A stretch of 55,579 bases of DNA, taken from a virus (taxonomy: Duplodnaviria; Caudoviricetes). Positions 54,800 through 55,579 of this stretch are shown here, in pieces. Position 1 is the first letter of the stretch, and every line of letters begins with the position of its first letter. Under the pieces are notes generated by a model. That model worked only from the letters and a program-made list of their open reading frames with translations. It ran no database searches and was not told where the DNA came from. Made by a program: the position numbers and the translations under genes. The DNA lies in the IMG/VR virus record IMGVR_UViG_3300035523_000006, positions 1 to 55,579 of that record; one strand, given 5' to 3'.

Positions 54800-55176
54800 A
54801 GACTGCTTCTTGGTGGAGGGTTTAGGGTGCAGAAAGCCAACCCTGTCACCAGAGTTCTTTCCGCGTCTGCTTCCCGGAGCCAGGGCCTGAGAGCACAGAG
54901 CAAGGTCGAAACGCAGCCACCTTGCCTCGGAATCCTTTCGCGGGGCTGTGACCCACGCCTGTCGGGCGATTCCATTGCGCCAAAACCCGTCACGCTCCGC
55001 GATCCTGTTGGAGCCGATAACTGCCCGCTGCACAGTCGTCCCACAGCGGCTTAAGAACGAAGAAAGGCCAATTCCTACTGCGCTCTTGGTGCTGCCACAC
55101 AACCCGGTTGCCCGGCAAGAACGCATGAGGAATTGGCCTCGCGCGCGAGTATCGTTGGGCGGCAGCACATTGACAT
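54800..55176 (-). ncRNA. candidate structured RNA A with 5' three-way-junction hairpin and promoter
   Basis: ATGTCA-17-GATACT; 12-bp perfect stem AGGCCAATTCCT plus a 10-bp stem; CCGG-GCAA-CCGG; further stems downstream. Confidence 0.55.
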
Positions 55177-55238
55177 TAGGGATTTTGCTACCAAACCACT
55201 GTATAACACTGTTCGGCCCAAGTAAAGTTCTTGTAAAG

Positions 55239-55532
55239 CTACGCACAGGCGGCTCCCGATTCTGTTAGGAGCGCTTCGATTTCCTGCGCCAGCTTCGCTA
55301 TCTGCCGTGTCCGCTGTATCACCCCTGCCAAGCGGCTATCCGGGGCTACAGGCGCTCGCAGTGCTTCGGACGGCACATAGGAGCCAGCGTCCTCGATAAC
55401 GCGCTGTAGGCTCTTTCCGGCGTCCCATGCGCTATGCGGGCAGTCCTCCCACGGCAGCACGTCACAGCCGCAGGAACGCACCTCCGCAGGCCCTGTGCTG
55501 CCGAATGATCGGGAGTGGATGCGATCACCCAT
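55239..55532 (-). CDS. hypothetical protein
   Basis: ATG overlaps the end of the Q-like ORF. Confidence 0.5.
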   Translation of the reverse strand: MGDRIHSRSFGSTGPAEVRSCGCDVLPWEDCPHSAWDAGKSLQRVIEDAGSYVPSEALRAPVAPDSRLAGVIQRTRQIAKLAQEIEALLTESGAACA

Positions 55533-55579
55533 AGAACGCCTGCGCCGCGCCCTTCTTGGCCTGCCCGATGCAGCCCCTA
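55525..55579 (-). CDS. 3' end of the Q-like gene (wraps from position 1)
   Basis: Joining the ends reads ...MGKAKGG-RGCIGQAKKGAAQAFYG*. Confidence 0.6.
   Translation of the reverse strand, partial: RGCIGQAKKGAAQAFYG

Noticed and set aside
55199-55214. LexA box at CTGTATAACACTGTTC
   Set aside because: The right half is not ACAG.
54760-55246. N-terminal half of the 319-aa ORF 54287-55246
   Set aside because: Protein looks random and overlaps a promoter and long RNA stems; a start at 54757 is preferred.

Overview
This is a near-complete, probably circular genome of a GC-rich temperate phage: lambdoid regulation with a P22-like short-tailed virion, and probably a betaproteobacterial (Burkholderiales-like) host, inferred from protein styles and the dusA-like attP peptide. 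A Q-like antiterminator ORF reads in frame across the two window ends and attP is intact, so this looks like the excised or virion form. Layout: (i) minus-strand early operon 11194->1 (cro, cII-like, O-like initiator with iterons, several nucleases, two DNA methyltransferases, ninB, Q-like); (ii) short cI without a peptidase domain, then a plus-strand early operon 12544-25749 (SpoU methyltransferase, SSB-like, exonuclease, KGG protein, xis-like, dusA-type attP, tyrosine integrase); (iii) minus-strand late region 55532->25820 (late promoter, terminase, portal, scaffold, coat, Maf/MptE-like protein, adaptor, tail hub, ejection proteins, tail fibre, lysis cassette, phosphoesterase/DUF6378/DUF4406 module). 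Most notable: two apparently related ~300-nt structured non-coding RNAs with companion small RNAs around the late promoter; a Tat-exported antisense-strand paralog of the tail-fibre domain; a Maf-like enzyme among the head genes; SymR-like antisense leaders on two HNH genes; and a phage-supplied DusA N-terminus. All calls come from motif recognition by eye; no database searches or folding programs were run.
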